Shown: positions 17,816 through 29,031, counted from the stretch's first letter. The stretch is 64,000 nucleotides of DNA from Bacteriovoracia bacterium (GCA_050246755.1 JBFWVL010000003.1:128001-192000); one strand, 5' to 3'. Program-made: numbers and translations. Notes: a model not told the origin generated them from the letters alone.

Positions 17816-18657
17816 TGGGTCTGAAAGAGAAAGGAAAGATCGGCCGCTTTAACGGAGTGCGTGAGGGCACCGGCGCTCACGGCGTCGAGGCCGAGGCCGG
17901 CGTAGCTGCGCACGTTATCGAGCGTGATGCCGCCCGAGGCCTCGAGGTACACCTCCCGGCGATAGTCGCGGATCTTGGCCACGAGGGTGCGCGCGTCGGC
18001 GGGAGAAAAATTATCGAGGAGCAGGCGCTTCATTTCGCAATCGAGCGCCTCTTTGGCCTCTTCCCAGTTCGTAACCTCAACCTCTACCAGCGTGCCCGCG
18101 GGAATTTTCCCCTGCAGATTGGCGAGCGCGAGGCGGATCGAGCCCGAAGCACGGATATGGTTTTCTTTGAGGAGCACGGCTTCATCTAGGCGCTGGCGGT
18201 GGTTAGAGAGGCCGCCGTCTTTTACCGCCTTCTTTTCCCAATAACGGAGGCCGGGCGTGGTCTTACGCGTGTCGAGAATGCAAAGCTCGGCGCCGCCCAG
18301 AGCTTCCTTAAAGCGCCGCGCCTGAGTGGCGATTCCGCAGGTGCGCTGGAGGAAATTCAGGAGAGTACGTTCGGTGGTAAGGAGATCGCGCGCGCGGCCG
18401 GTGGCCTCGAAAATGGTGGCGCCTTTTTCCACGAAGGTACCATCGGCAAAATTAATTTTAAATTCCGCATCGGCACCGAACACTTCGAGAACGAGGGGCG
18501 CCAGCTCCATGCAGGAGAGCACGCAGGCTTCCTTGGCGATGAGGCGAGCGTGGGTGCGGGTATCGGGGGGTACGGCAAGGGCGGTAAGATCGCCGGTGCC
18601 GATGTCTTCATCGAGGGCTAGCTCAATGAGCTGGCGCGCGGCTGCAATAGGTTCCAT
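17812..18657 (-). CDS. nadC: Nicotinate-nucleotide pyrophosphorylase
   Basis: ALDEDIGTGDLT, ERTLLNFLQ, DTRKTTPGLR, LLDNF, EASGGI; start moved to 18657. Confidence 0.95.
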   Translation of the reverse strand: MEPIAAARQLIELALDEDIGTGDLTALAVPPDTRTHARLIAKEACVLSCMELAPLVLEVFGADAEFKINFADGTFVEKGATIFEATGRARDLLTTERTLLNFLQRTCGIATQARRFKEALGGAELCILDTRKTTPGLRYWEKKAVKDGGLSNHRQRLDEAVLLKENHIRASGSIRLALANLQGKIPAGTLVEVEVTNWEEAKEALDCEMKRLLLDNFSPADARTLVAKIRDYRREVYLEASGGITLDNVRSYAGLGLDAVSAGALTHSVKAADLSFLFQTQ

Positions 18658-18724
18658 GGCGGGCAATATAGAGCCAAAGGAAAGACACCGCAAGGGGCGG
18701 CTATGTAGCGAAAACTAGGCAGGT

Positions 18725-19543
18725 TTATATGGAGGCGGAGGAGGGATAAAGGATCCGGCGCATGGATTGCTCGCGCTCGTTCTTCTCCAGTTTGTTTGCG
18801 CAGGTCTCGAGGCGCCCGCGCGTGGAATCGGTGAGAACCTTATCGATATTTTTCGCCATCTCTTTAGAAGCGAAGAGCGATCCCGTAGTGATGGTATCAC
18901 ACACGAAGTTGATCACCGATTGCTCATTGCTGGGATTCAGACAACGGCCGAGATTCAGCATCATGTCGGGAACCATGGCGGTGTCCACTACGTTGGCCAT
19001 ATTGGCGGAGATAATTTCGCAGGTTTTGGCGCTCGGCGGTAGCATGAGAGCCATTTTCAGCCCGTTGGCTTGCACTTGCTCGTCGGGAACGGTCATTAAA
19101 TATTGGGCGGCTTCGAGGGCCTGGGCGGCTTGTTGAGGGCTGGACGCTTTGTGACTGAGGAACCAGTCGGTTTCGTCGAGGATACGATCGCGGATCGCGA
19201 AGAAGCGTGAGCTCGGATCGGTTTCGGGAAAAGTCTCGGCGCAATTTTTCGGATTGGAGGCGCAGGTTATCAGGGCGGCGATCGAATTCCAGTGGGCCTC
19301 GGCTTCCTGAGTATTGAGCGGAGCCAGGATGGAATCGTTGCGTAGCTGCCCGGCCGAAATATCGGAAGGATGGAAGCTCACGGTTTGAAAAAGTCCCTGC
19401 TTGGCCGGGATCACCGGCCGAGCAGGAGATTCTTGTTCGGACTCCACCGTTTCTTCCGATACCGGCAAAGCCGGCGATCGGAAGTAAGCGGCCGCTCCGA
19501 TGAGGAGCATTCCGAGGAAGAGCGCTAGGAGCTTAGATCTCAC
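18725..19543 (-). CDS. Membrane-anchored helical hypothetical protein
   Basis: Probable GTG start at 19543 overlapping the upstream TGA (GTGA); N-terminal TM helix; several Cys. Confidence 0.7.
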   Translation of the reverse strand: MRSKLLALFLGMLLIGAAAYFRSPALPVSEETVESEQESPARPVIPAKQGLFQTVSFHPSDISAGQLRNDSILAPLNTQEAEAHWNSIAALITCASNPKNCAETFPETDPSSRFFAIRDRILDETDWFLSHKASSPQQAAQALEAAQYLMTVPDEQVQANGLKMALMLPPSAKTCEIISANMANVVDTAMVPDMMLNLGRCLNPSNEQSVINFVCDTITTGSLFASKEMAKNIDKVLTDSTRGRLETCANKLEKNEREQSMRRILYPSSASI

Positions 19544-20739
19544 AAGGTCCTCGTGTCTTCGGCAGTGGATACGCAGCTCGAACCACCGGTGTCGAAGATA
19601 CAAGCCATCTTCACGGGCGAAGGCATATTCACGATCGCGCCTTTATCGATGAGCTTGTTCCAAAGCTGGCCAGTATATTTTTGGTAGAAGCCAGTATCGT
19701 TACGGGCCCATTTGTCGTCGGGGTTCGTCCAGCGGCAACCAGCCCAGGAGCCGGCGTTGTATACCGCATAGGCCGAGCGGGCGCGCTGATCGAAGTTCTT
19801 CACGCAGCTAGCGCTCTTGGCTTTCTGCCAAGCCGAGTAGTACATGTCCATACCGTAGGCGAGGTTACCTTTTACGGTCCAGCCTTCGTACTTCATGAGC
19901 ATGTCTTTGTGCCAGCGGCCGTGGATTTGCATCATACCGAAGGAGAAATCCTGGTCACCTTTCATGATCTTCATATTTCCGTCTTTCGCGGAGATACGAT
20001 AGTGCGACCAAAAAGATTCTTGGTGCATGAGGGCCATTACGCCTTTGCGGAAAGCTTCTTTTTCGGCTTTCGAAACGTTGGGATTACGGCGGGTAATGTA
20101 TTCATCAGCGGCGTCGCGGGCAAAACGGTACATCGCGGTGGAGTAACGTTTCACTTCTTCGTTTTGGTTTTTCTTCTCGTTGAACACGAGAGAATCCATA
20201 TTCTCTAATACCTTGCTGGTATCCTCGTAAGAGCTGGCATCGCAACCGTAGGGAGCGCGGCCAAAAATATAGGTACCGTTCACTTTGTTTTTACAGAGCT
20301 CCACGATGAAAGGACGTTTTTTGAGGGAGTCGTTCTTCTTGGCGAGGGCAGCCTTCTCGGCGGCGGCTTTCGCGGCAGCGGCGGCTTTGGCCTTCGCTCT
20401 TTCCAGCTCCAGGGCAACGGCTACGTCGGCCTGGGCGGCTGGAGCAGGCATTACCACTGGCTTAGCCGCGATGGGCTTCGCCACGGCCACAGGGGCAGTG
20501 GCGGGCTTGGCGGCTGGTTTTGCGATGGCTGGTTTCGCGGCTACGGGCTTCGGTTTGGCCGCTTCCACTTTCGGCTTAGGTTTCGCCGCGGTGGCCACTT
20601 GCGTGGGTTTCGAGGACGAAAAAAGATCCGACCAGAAAGTGGGCGAATTAGTGTCGGGGGCGGACCAGGCGGGCATGGCGAGAATAGAGCTGAGGGTCAC
20701 GGTGGCCCAGAGCCATGGGTGCAGATTCAACGTTTTCAT
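19540..20739 (-). CDS. Secreted lytic transglycosylase (SLT-like) with Ala/Lys/Pro-rich linker
   Basis: Signal peptide; AAKP-like repeats; ALMHQES, GMMQI, NLAYG and YAVYNAG motifs. Confidence 0.75.
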   Translation of the reverse strand: MKTLNLHPWLWATVTLSSILAMPAWSAPDTNSPTFWSDLFSSSKPTQVATAAKPKPKVEAAKPKPVAAKPAIAKPAAKPATAPVAVAKPIAAKPVVMPAPAAQADVAVALELERAKAKAAAAAKAAAEKAALAKKNDSLKKRPFIVELCKNKVNGTYIFGRAPYGCDASSYEDTSKVLENMDSLVFNEKKNQNEEVKRYSTAMYRFARDAADEYITRRNPNVSKAEKEAFRKGVMALMHQESFWSHYRISAKDGNMKIMKGDQDFSFGMMQIHGRWHKDMLMKYEGWTVKGNLAYGMDMYYSAWQKAKSASCVKNFDQRARSAYAVYNAGSWAGCRWTNPDDKWARNDTGFYQKYTGQLWNKLIDKGAIVNMPSPVKMACIFDTGGSSCVSTAEDTRTL

Positions 20740-20982
20740 AGTACCTCCAATGTTCCGTACTTAAGGCCACGATGGGAATAAGACCGGAACAATTGCTGGA
20801 GCGTTTATATCAGGTATTATGGGCGGAGTCCAGTTGATTTCCCCTATTCGCAAGTAATACTTTGATTTTATTAAACAATAAATCAACGGAACATTTGAAA
20901 TCACTAATATTAGCTATGCTTATATTCGATTTGGGCACAATTGAACTGTCCGAAATAGGAGCTTTCTCCTATCCTTAGACCC

Positions 20983-21828
20983 GTGAAAATCCAAAAAGCA
21001 TTGGTGGTGATCTACTGGAAACCGAGCCCGGAAAGCGCGGAAAAACGGGTTTTGCTCCTTCGCGTGCGAGACGATCGCGGCGGATTTTGGCAGCCCGTGA
21101 CGGGATCGATGGATCCGGGTGAGACCTACGCCGAAACCGCCCTGCGCGAAGCCGAGGAAGAGTCCGGTTTTCGCTTCGAACGCCAACCCCAGTACCTAGG
21201 CCTCGAATACGAATACCAAGGCCGCTGGGGACCCGCCGTGGAGCGAGCCTTCTTCCTGCCCATCTACGGCGGCGCCGAGCCGCCTACCCCCACCCTCGAT
21301 CCCAAGGAACACCAAGAATTCCGTTGGGTGAGCCCGGAAGAAGCGCTGAAGCTAGTTCAGTTTCCCAATAATCAGGAAGCCATCCGGCGCGTCACCTTCG
21401 CCCCGCCCCCGCTCTTTCTCACCAAAGGCGGTGTTCTTTTTCAGGAAGGCGAGGAAATCACCCACGAAAAAACGCGTGCCCTCTTCCTTCGCTCTATTAC
21501 GCGCACGCCGCAAGGGATCTATCTCGTAAAACTCGGGAACGAAGAGCTCGACCTCGTGGTGGAGGACACCCCCCAATTCGTACAGGCTTATGACCGCGAA
21601 AGCGGAATGCTGCGCCTACATGACGGCACCCAGGAAAAACTGAACCCGAACTCCCTGCAAGTGGGAGCCGATCAAAGCTTTCGCTGCACTTTGAAAAATG
21701 GTTGGGAGGCGCGTTTCCTCTCACCGGCCTACTACGAGATTACCAAGGACGTTACCGAAGACTCAGCCGGGAAAGGATACGTCCTTCACTTCCTCGGGAA
21801 GAGTTACCAGCTTCGCGTTCCGCACTAG
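20983..21828 (+). CDS. NUDIX hydrolase (NudB-like) fused to a DUF1285-like domain
   Basis: FWQPVTGSMDPGETYAETALREAEEESG Nudix box; C-terminal EGEEITHEKTRALF..VEDTP. Confidence 0.8.
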   Translation: MKIQKALVVIYWKPSPESAEKRVLLLRVRDDRGGFWQPVTGSMDPGETYAETALREAEEESGFRFERQPQYLGLEYEYQGRWGPAVERAFFLPIYGGAEPPTPTLDPKEHQEFRWVSPEEALKLVQFPNNQEAIRRVTFAPPPLFLTKGGVLFQEGEEITHEKTRALFLRSITRTPQGIYLVKLGNEELDLVVEDTPQFVQAYDRESGMLRLHDGTQEKLNPNSLQVGADQSFRCTLKNGWEARFLSPAYYEITKDVTEDSAGKGYVLHFLGKSYQLRVPH

Positions 21829-22503
21829 CGAGAACGAATAGATCGGCAGTTTCTGCCGCAGGAAGATTCTCTCGAAGGGCGTAGGCGGGATCAGCTTCCA
21901 TACCGCTTCGGCTCTTTCGGGATTCATCGCATCGAAACAAGCCGCTTCCTTGATCGACTCCGCGATATGCTCGGCGTACTCGGCGTGGTCGGTTTTGATC
22001 ATTAGCTCTTTGCCGGTATTAAGTAGAGTGCCGAGGATACGGAAAAAATCAGGCCTCAGCACGCGCCATTTCTGCTGGGGGGCCTTCGACCAGGGATCCG
22101 GAAACAGCACCCACACGCGATCCACTTCCCCGGGCGCGATCATCCAAGACAAGCGCGCGATATTTGCGCGGAGGAAGGTGAGGTTCGTGAGCTGCACGTC
22201 TTTGGCTTTTTTCCCGGCCTTGAAGCACTGCTTATACTTCCATTCCACGCCGAGGTGGGCATTATCGGGATTGGTTTTCGCCAAGTGAATAGAAGTTTCG
22301 CCGTGGTAGGCGCCGAGCTCGAGCTCGAGGAAAGCCGTTTCGGGCTTACCGAGGCGCGCACGCCATTTTCCCTTGAACTGCTCGGTATCTGCGTCGGCCA
22401 GCAAAGTAGCGGAAGCATCCGAAAATTCGCGTATTTTATCGAAATATGGATTCTTCGTGGGCCGGTATTCTTTGTAGTTGGAAGCTGGATACGCCTTTTT
22501 CAT
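21763..22503 (-). CDS. trmB: tRNA (guanine-N7)-methyltransferase
   Basis: LELGAYHG, GVEW, FPDPWSK, IKTDH, TPFE. Confidence 0.88.
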   Translation of the reverse strand: MKKAYPASNYKEYRPTKNPYFDKIREFSDASATLLADADTEQFKGKWRARLGKPETAFLELELGAYHGETSIHLAKTNPDNAHLGVEWKYKQCFKAGKKAKDVQLTNLTFLRANIARLSWMIAPGEVDRVWVLFPDPWSKAPQQKWRVLRPDFFRILGTLLNTGKELMIKTDHAEYAEHIAESIKEAACFDAMNPERAEAVWKLIPPTPFERIFLRQKLPIYSFSLVRNAKLVTLPEEVKDVSFPG

Positions 22504-22548
22504 CGAGCTAAGGACTACAGAAAAAGGAGGGAAATGGCAAGCTGCGGC

Positions 22549-22929
22549 TTAGCGCGAGCCCACGCAGCGAAGGGATTTCACCACTTCGGGATGCTCGGTT
22601 TTCGCGATCTCTAGTAGGCGAGGATTAATCTTGCCGTTGCTCTGCTTCTCGAGCGCCGCCATCTTTCCATCGTGCGCAAAGCGCTTCGTGAGCAAGTTCT
22701 CGGCGCGGCGGGAGCGAAAGCTGCCCGGAGGCTGGCTGAGGAACTCACAGATACGGGTGGCCCGCGACATCATTAGTCCCACCTGAACGTCGGGGCTTTC
22801 TTTTTGCTCGCTCGAGAGCAGGCTCAGAATCGGCCGCGCTTGGTAAAGAGGAAAGAGCACGTCGGTTTTCACCTCGCCCGCTTGCGCGGCGGCGGTGAGC
22901 AGGAAAAAGAAGATGGTGAATTTGGACAT
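22549..22929 (-). CDS. Secreted hypothetical protein
   Basis: AGGAGG RBS; signal peptide ending AQA; two Cys. Confidence 0.65.
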   Translation of the reverse strand: MSKFTIFFFLLTAAAQAGEVKTDVLFPLYQARPILSLLSSEQKESPDVQVGLMMSRATRICEFLSQPPGSFRSRRAENLLTKRFAHDGKMAALEKQSNGKINPRLLEIAKTEHPEVVKSLRCVGSR

Positions 22930-23164
22930 AGGCGCCTCCTGGCCAAAGGAAAGTCTAGGTTAAGTATAACCCCAACGTGGGCATTCTCAACCCGGTGGCA
23001 GAAACGGCGCGAAGCGCCGTGATTTCGAAAGGTTAGATCCGCGGACCAGCTGGCTTCCACCCAGTTCGCGGTTTTCTACGGCCTATAAGTGCATCGAGAA
23101 GAGGCCGAGGAGCGATAAGCTTGTGGTGGCTCTCAAGCCATATTTTGGCCAAAAAATATAAGTT

Positions 23165-23596
23165 CTATTTGTGGCGCGAAGTGCTGCGCTGGCAAACCAA
23201 CTCGAGGAGACCGGCTTGGTTTCCGTCTGTGCGGTAGTACGCAAGCTCGAGTTTCACGGGATCGAGCGCGAGCTGACGGCGCGTAACTTCCGTGGACGCA
23301 GAACCAATCAAAGACTGTCCCTCGATGAGTCCCGTATCTAATTGCAGCATCAGCATACCCTGCTCCTCGGCTGCCACGAGGATCACTTTGTCCGTGCCGT
23401 TGGCGAGGGTCACTTCATTCCCGCCTTCGAAAATCGCGCACTTGTCGTCGTCGCTGCGGGACTGGGTGAGGGAAAGTTTGGTGAGTAGAGTTTTTGCTTC
23501 GTCGATCTGGGAGAGAGTGCAAACGATAGGACGGCAATCTTTGGCCTGGGCCGAGGCCGAAGCAAGGAATGCGAGCGCGAAAAGAAGCTTTTTCAT
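23165..23596 (-). CDS. Secreted hypothetical protein
   Basis: Start moved to MKKLLFALAF; signal peptide; four Cys. Confidence 0.7.
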   Translation of the reverse strand: MKKLLFALAFLASASAQAKDCRPIVCTLSQIDEAKTLLTKLSLTQSRSDDDKCAIFEGGNEVTLANGTDKVILVAAEEQGMLMLQLDTGLIEGQSLIGSASTEVTRRQLALDPVKLELAYYRTDGNQAGLLELVCQRSTSRHK

Positions 23597-23718
23597 AGAC
23601 AAAGATCTCCAAAATCCAAAGAGCCAGGCCTGCTTATATCTATCTTGACTCAATGCGTCAATAATAATAAGTGGGATTTACGGAAATAAAACCGCGGCGC
23701 GGCAGTCTTTTTTTGGGC

Positions 23719-23756
23719 AAAAAAAAGCCAGCGGTTTCCCGCCGGCCTCTTTTTTT
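23719..23756. terminator. Rho-independent terminator of groEL (bidirectional type)
   Basis: A8-GCCAGCGG-tttc-CCGCCGGC followed by a T-run. Confidence 0.7.
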
Positions 23757-23802
23757 GGATTTCGATTCGTCCCCCCGAAGGTGAATTGGGGGTCGAATGA
23801 AA

Positions 23803-25458
<1,656 letters not shown>

Positions 25459-25480
25459 TTAAAAATTCTTAGTGGAAAAA

Positions 25481-25768
25481 CTATTGAATGATACCGAGAA
25501 CTTCTTCTTCTTTGATGATGAGAAGTTCTTCGCCGTTGATTTTCACTTCATTGCCGGAATATTTTCCGAACAAAATCTTGTCGCCCTTTTTAACGGTAAG
25601 GGGAGTGAGCTTGCCTTCTTCGCTGATGCGGCCGTTGCCGGAAGCGATCACTTCGCCTTGGGCTGGTTTTTCTTTGGCCGAGTCGGGGATGATCAATCCA
25701 CCTTTGGTTTTTTCTTCTTCGTTAAAACGACGAACCAACAGACGATCATATAGAGGCGTAACGTTCAT
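25481..25768 (-). CDS. groES: Co-chaperonin GroES
   Basis: [28 protein letters not shown]. Confidence 0.99.
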   Translation of the reverse strand: MNVTPLYDRLLVRRFNEEEKTKGGLIIPDSAKEKPAQGEVIASGNGRISEEGKLTPLTVKKGDKILFGKYSGNEVKINGEELLIIKEEEVLGIIQ

Positions 25769-25937
25769 GACTTCTCCTTCAAATGGGCCCGAAGGCCCGG
25801 ATTTATCTAAAACTTTTGCTACGGCAACACACGTTGCCGCGGAGCATTCTGCCCCTTGTGAAACTGGCTTAAGCGTAGGTGAGGTATACCCATACCTACT
25901 CTATAGGGCAAGCTCGCAGTGGCGGCAGGACAGGCGG

Positions 25938-25965
25938 AATGTAATTACGAAAAAAGACCTGTCAA
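25938..25965 (-). promoter_or_regulatory. Sigma70-type promoter of groESL
   Basis: TTGACA-N16-TACATT about 165 nt upstream of groES. Confidence 0.55.
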
Positions 25966-25998
25966 CGAAGGGCCCCGAGATTTTTCTAAAATCCCGGA

Positions 25999-26466
25999 TC
26001 ACCCCTTAGGAACACCGGCAAGTAGCACCTGCCTGGCTGTATTTAGCTGTTCGGCACGCCGGCGGGCCTGGTCCACATAGCCTTTGCCAAGATGCGTAAC
26101 GCGGTCGGGATGGTAGCGCTTCATCCAGTGCTTAAAGGCCCGGTTCACTAAATCGGCATTGGGATTGGCCGGGATTCCCAGCACTTCGTGGGGCTTACCC
26201 CGAAAATTAGGCACCTTGAAGGCGGTCTGGGCGGGCTCAGGCTTGGGATCCTTAGGATCCGGGCGGTGCTCGAGCAGGATTTTTTTGTCCACCTTATCTT
26301 CGAACTCCGGAAGCCTGCCCTGCTTCTCGGCTTCTTTGCGCTCTTCCCAGAGGTCGTCGCGGAAATGGCTCTGGTTCCCGCGGCGGGCATAAAGAATGAG
26401 CAGAAAAACGGCCCCGGCCACCATTGCGGCCCCATTAAAAATCAAAAAGGCTTTAATCCTCTGCAT
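25999..26466 (-). CDS. Membrane-anchored J-domain (DnaJ-like) protein
   Basis: N-terminal TM; PHEVLGI..YHPDRV..LNTA. Confidence 0.85.
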   Translation of the reverse strand: MQRIKAFLIFNGAAMVAGAVFLLILYARRGNQSHFRDDLWEERKEAEKQGRLPEFEDKVDKKILLEHRPDPKDPKPEPAQTAFKVPNFRGKPHEVLGIPANPNADLVNRAFKHWMKRYHPDRVTHLGKGYVDQARRRAEQLNTARQVLLAGVPKG

Positions 26467-26603
26467 GGCGAGAAGCTTATCCCGAACTTATGACCAATTC
26501 TAGGACGGAGGAAAGGCCGGATGCCGGACGCCCCGAGAACAATCTCCTGCCATATCCCAGGAATTAAAAAATCTTATAGGCACGAACTTGGCTTCCCGCG
26601 GGC

Positions 26604-28154
26604 ATGGATTCTACCGCCCTCGTGCAAGCGCTCCTGCTCGGCAAGCTCGAAGGCCTTGCTCCGGAAACGATTGCCCTATTCGCCCGCACGGGATTGATTC
26701 ATTTATTTTCGGCTTCCGGATTTCACATGGCGGTAGCCGTGCAGCTTGCCCGGCTTTGCACCCTAGGGCCAGAACGCTGGCTCAAGTTTCGCCGCGAGAT
26801 TTGCGTTCTATCCTTCGCGCTACAACTCGGCTTTATGGTTTTCTTCGGCTGCGCCACCGGATGGAGCTCCCCGATGGTAAGGGCTTTTACGTTCACCACT
26901 TTACTCAGCGCCGCGAAGCTTTTGGAAATTCGCCCGAGCCCTCACTGGGTATTTTTGCTTTCACTGCTGCTCTCCTCCCTACTCGGCAAAGGCTCCTTCC
27001 TTTCCTTTTTGCTCTCGGCTTGCGGGATGGCGGGCATTCTCTATATCCAGCCGCGAAAATTCTGGGCCATCACGCTCGGGCCTTGGCTTTTTACCCTGCC
27101 GATCATCATTTGGGTATTCGGTCTGTTTTCCCTCGCGGCCCCCCTCTGGAATCTTACGATCGGCAGCTTGATCGCATGGTTGGTGATGCCGCCCGCGGTT
27201 TTGCATTTGATTTCCGTGAGCATCGGCCTGCCAGATCCATTTTTGCCGCTGGCCGCCTGGCTCATGAATCTCTTTACGGGATGGCTAGAGCTCGGAGATC
27301 AAATCGTGGGTGGAGTATTTTGGGTGCCACGAATACCGTGGCTGTTTTCGTTGGTCGCTCTTTACGGCATCACCTATTTCGCAAAGAAAAAACGTGCGCT
27401 CTATTTGGGCGCAGCCGCCCCCCTACTATTTCTCTTCTGCCCCCTCCCCCGCTTCGCGGTGCTCGACGTGGGCCAGGGCGACAGCATCTTCCTACGCACC
27501 CGCGCCGGAGAAAAAATCGTGATGGATTTAGGGCCTCCTGGATATCGAGGAAGGGAAGCGCCGGCAAGCTCCGGTCTGGGAAGAATCGGCATTGGCGCCG
27601 TGGACAAAATACTTCTTTCCCACTTCGACCTCGACCACCGAGGCGGCCTCGACTCTTTCTTACGCTTCCATAAAGTGAGCGACAGCCTTTGGTTTCGGGA
27701 GGAAGCACTGGGGCAAAAGGCAGCCCTCAAAGTATTGGCCGCCGCCGAGCGCGCGAATGTGCCCATCCGCTTTCTTTCTTTTTCTTCCCAGCCCGATTCT
27801 TTCCAGTGCTTCTTTCCGCCCGCGAAAACTTCGAACGACCTCTCGCCCCTATGCGCCGTGGACCTTCCCCGCGGAGAAAGCATTTGGCTCACGGGAGACA
27901 TGAGCGAAAGATCCGAGCGCTGGTTGCTGAGTAACTACGAAGAACTGCCGAAAGCGGATTTTCTGAAAGTGGCTCACCACGGAAGCCGCACGAGCTCCTC
28001 CGCCGAATTTCTCGCGGCGAGCGGCGCAAAGGTTGCACTGATCAGCGTGGGCGCCAAGAATCGCTACGGACATCCTACGCGGGAAGTATTGGAACGGCTG
28101 AATGATTGGAAGGTGAGAAGAACGGATCAGGAAGGAAGCTTGGTGTTTTACTAG
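26604..28154 (+). CDS. comEC: ComEC/Rec2 competence protein (competence + MBL domains)
   Basis: TGLIHLFSASGFH, LDVGQGDS, SHFDLDHRGG, KVAHHGS, NRYGHP, RTDQEG. Confidence 0.9.
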   Translation: MDSTALVQALLLGKLEGLAPETIALFARTGLIHLFSASGFHMAVAVQLARLCTLGPERWLKFRREICVLSFALQLGFMVFFGCATGWSSPMVRAFTFTTLLSAAKLLEIRPSPHWVFLLSLLLSSLLGKGSFLSFLLSACGMAGILYIQPRKFWAITLGPWLFTLPIIIWVFGLFSLAAPLWNLTIGSLIAWLVMPPAVLHLISVSIGLPDPFLPLAAWLMNLFTGWLELGDQIVGGVFWVPRIPWLFSLVALYGITYFAKKKRALYLGAAAPLLFLFCPLPRFAVLDVGQGDSIFLRTRAGEKIVMDLGPPGYRGREAPASSGLGRIGIGAVDKILLSHFDLDHRGGLDSFLRFHKVSDSLWFREEALGQKAALKVLAAAERANVPIRFLSFSSQPDSFQCFFPPAKTSNDLSPLCAVDLPRGESIWLTGDMSERSERWLLSNYEELPKADFLKVAHHGSRTSSSAEFLAASGAKVALISVGAKNRYGHPTREVLERLNDWKVRRTDQEGSLVFY

Positions 28155-28895
28155 CTAGCGCTTGCCGGGAACGGAAGAAATCATCCGATTGGCAGTCGGC
28201 TTCGTGGGATCGCCCTCAAAGCCAGGCAAACCAGCGGAAGCCAGGCGTCCATAAGACTGAGCGGCGCCGCTATAGTAGCTGGCCACGTCGTCCCGCGCGG
28301 CGATCACGCGCAGAGTTTCTTGGGCCATACGGATAGTTTTCTCCTCGAATAGCCCGCTCTCCACGGTGCGCTGGGAAAGCTTCTCGAGAGCAACCACCGC
28401 GGTTTCCCGCAATAAAACATGATTCGTATCTTCCTGGGCGATCTCGCTAAGCGCGCGAAAAAAATCTCCCTCAAGGCGGGTCACGGGAACTATTTCGTCC
28501 ATGGACTTCACGGCCTGGGCAATCGCCATCAGGCTGGAAGCCGAGCGGCTAGAGAGAGTGCGATCGAGGTTCTCTTTCTCTTCCTGATTCATACTGGGGG
28601 CGTTTACGCCCTCCACTTGCACCGTGCGGCGCAGAGGAGCCTTCGCGAAGGCTTCGATCAAATCTTCGCGGAGGAAAAGATCTTCTTTGGGGTCGCGAAT
28701 AATATGTAAAACGGCGCGGGCCACTTCGTTTTTCTCGAGCTGGCCTTCCATCAGGCATATGCCAGCTTGAGAGCGGAGCCCGGGTGAGGCCTTGGAATTT
28801 TTCAGGGTGGCGAGGGAAAGGGCCGGACAGCTCCCGGCGCCGTGAGCGGCCGGTAGCAGCAAAAAACTGGCGACGAGTAAGTAGCGGATGGACAC
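28155..28895 (-). CDS. Secreted helical (HEAT-like) hypothetical protein
   Basis: Signal peptide; repeated LFLR/VLLR helical units. Confidence 0.7.
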   Translation of the reverse strand: MSIRYLLVASFLLLPAAHGAGSCPALSLATLKNSKASPGLRSQAGICLMEGQLEKNEVARAVLHIIRDPKEDLFLREDLIEAFAKAPLRRTVQVEGVNAPSMNQEEKENLDRTLSSRSASSLMAIAQAVKSMDEIVPVTRLEGDFFRALSEIAQEDTNHVLLRETAVVALEKLSQRTVESGLFEEKTIRMAQETLRVIAARDDVASYYSGAAQSYGRLASAGLPGFEGDPTKPTANRMISSVPGKR

Positions 28896-28920
28896 GAAAA
28901 ATTCCCCCTACCGGGAGAAA

Positions 28921-28987
28921 TGCAAGACCAGAACCGATTTCCTAGTGGATTCAAGCTGATGAAATCAGTGGTGTCCGGATGGAGACA
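28921..28987 (-). promoter_or_regulatory. Sigma54 promoter with possible TGT-N10-ACA activator site
   Basis: TCGGTTCTGGTCTTGCA (28921-28937); TGTCCGGATGGAGACA (28972-28987). Confidence 0.5.
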
Positions 28988-29031
28988 GGGGAAGGAAATT
29001 CTGGCGAACTAGTGGACGGCGCCCAGGGCTT

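Noticed and set aside
20340-20600. Repetitive DNA as a tandem repeat or CRISPR array
   Set aside because: Degenerate codons for an AAKP-rich linker; no constant repeat-spacer period here or elsewhere in the window
22960-23160. Open frame and hairpin ACGGCGC-GAA-GCGCCGT in the spacer, as a gene or pseudogene
   Set aside because: No suitable start codon/RBS and no recognisable homology
25769-25998. CIRCE/HrcA operator or a known riboswitch before groES
   Set aside because: No CIRCE inverted repeat and no core motif of TPP, SAM, c-di-GMP or SRP RNA recognised by eye
26588-27673. 361-aa alternative-frame ORF over comEC, as a frameshifted N-terminus
   Set aside because: Arg/Pro-rich off-frame translation; ComEC motifs are continuous in the 26604 frame
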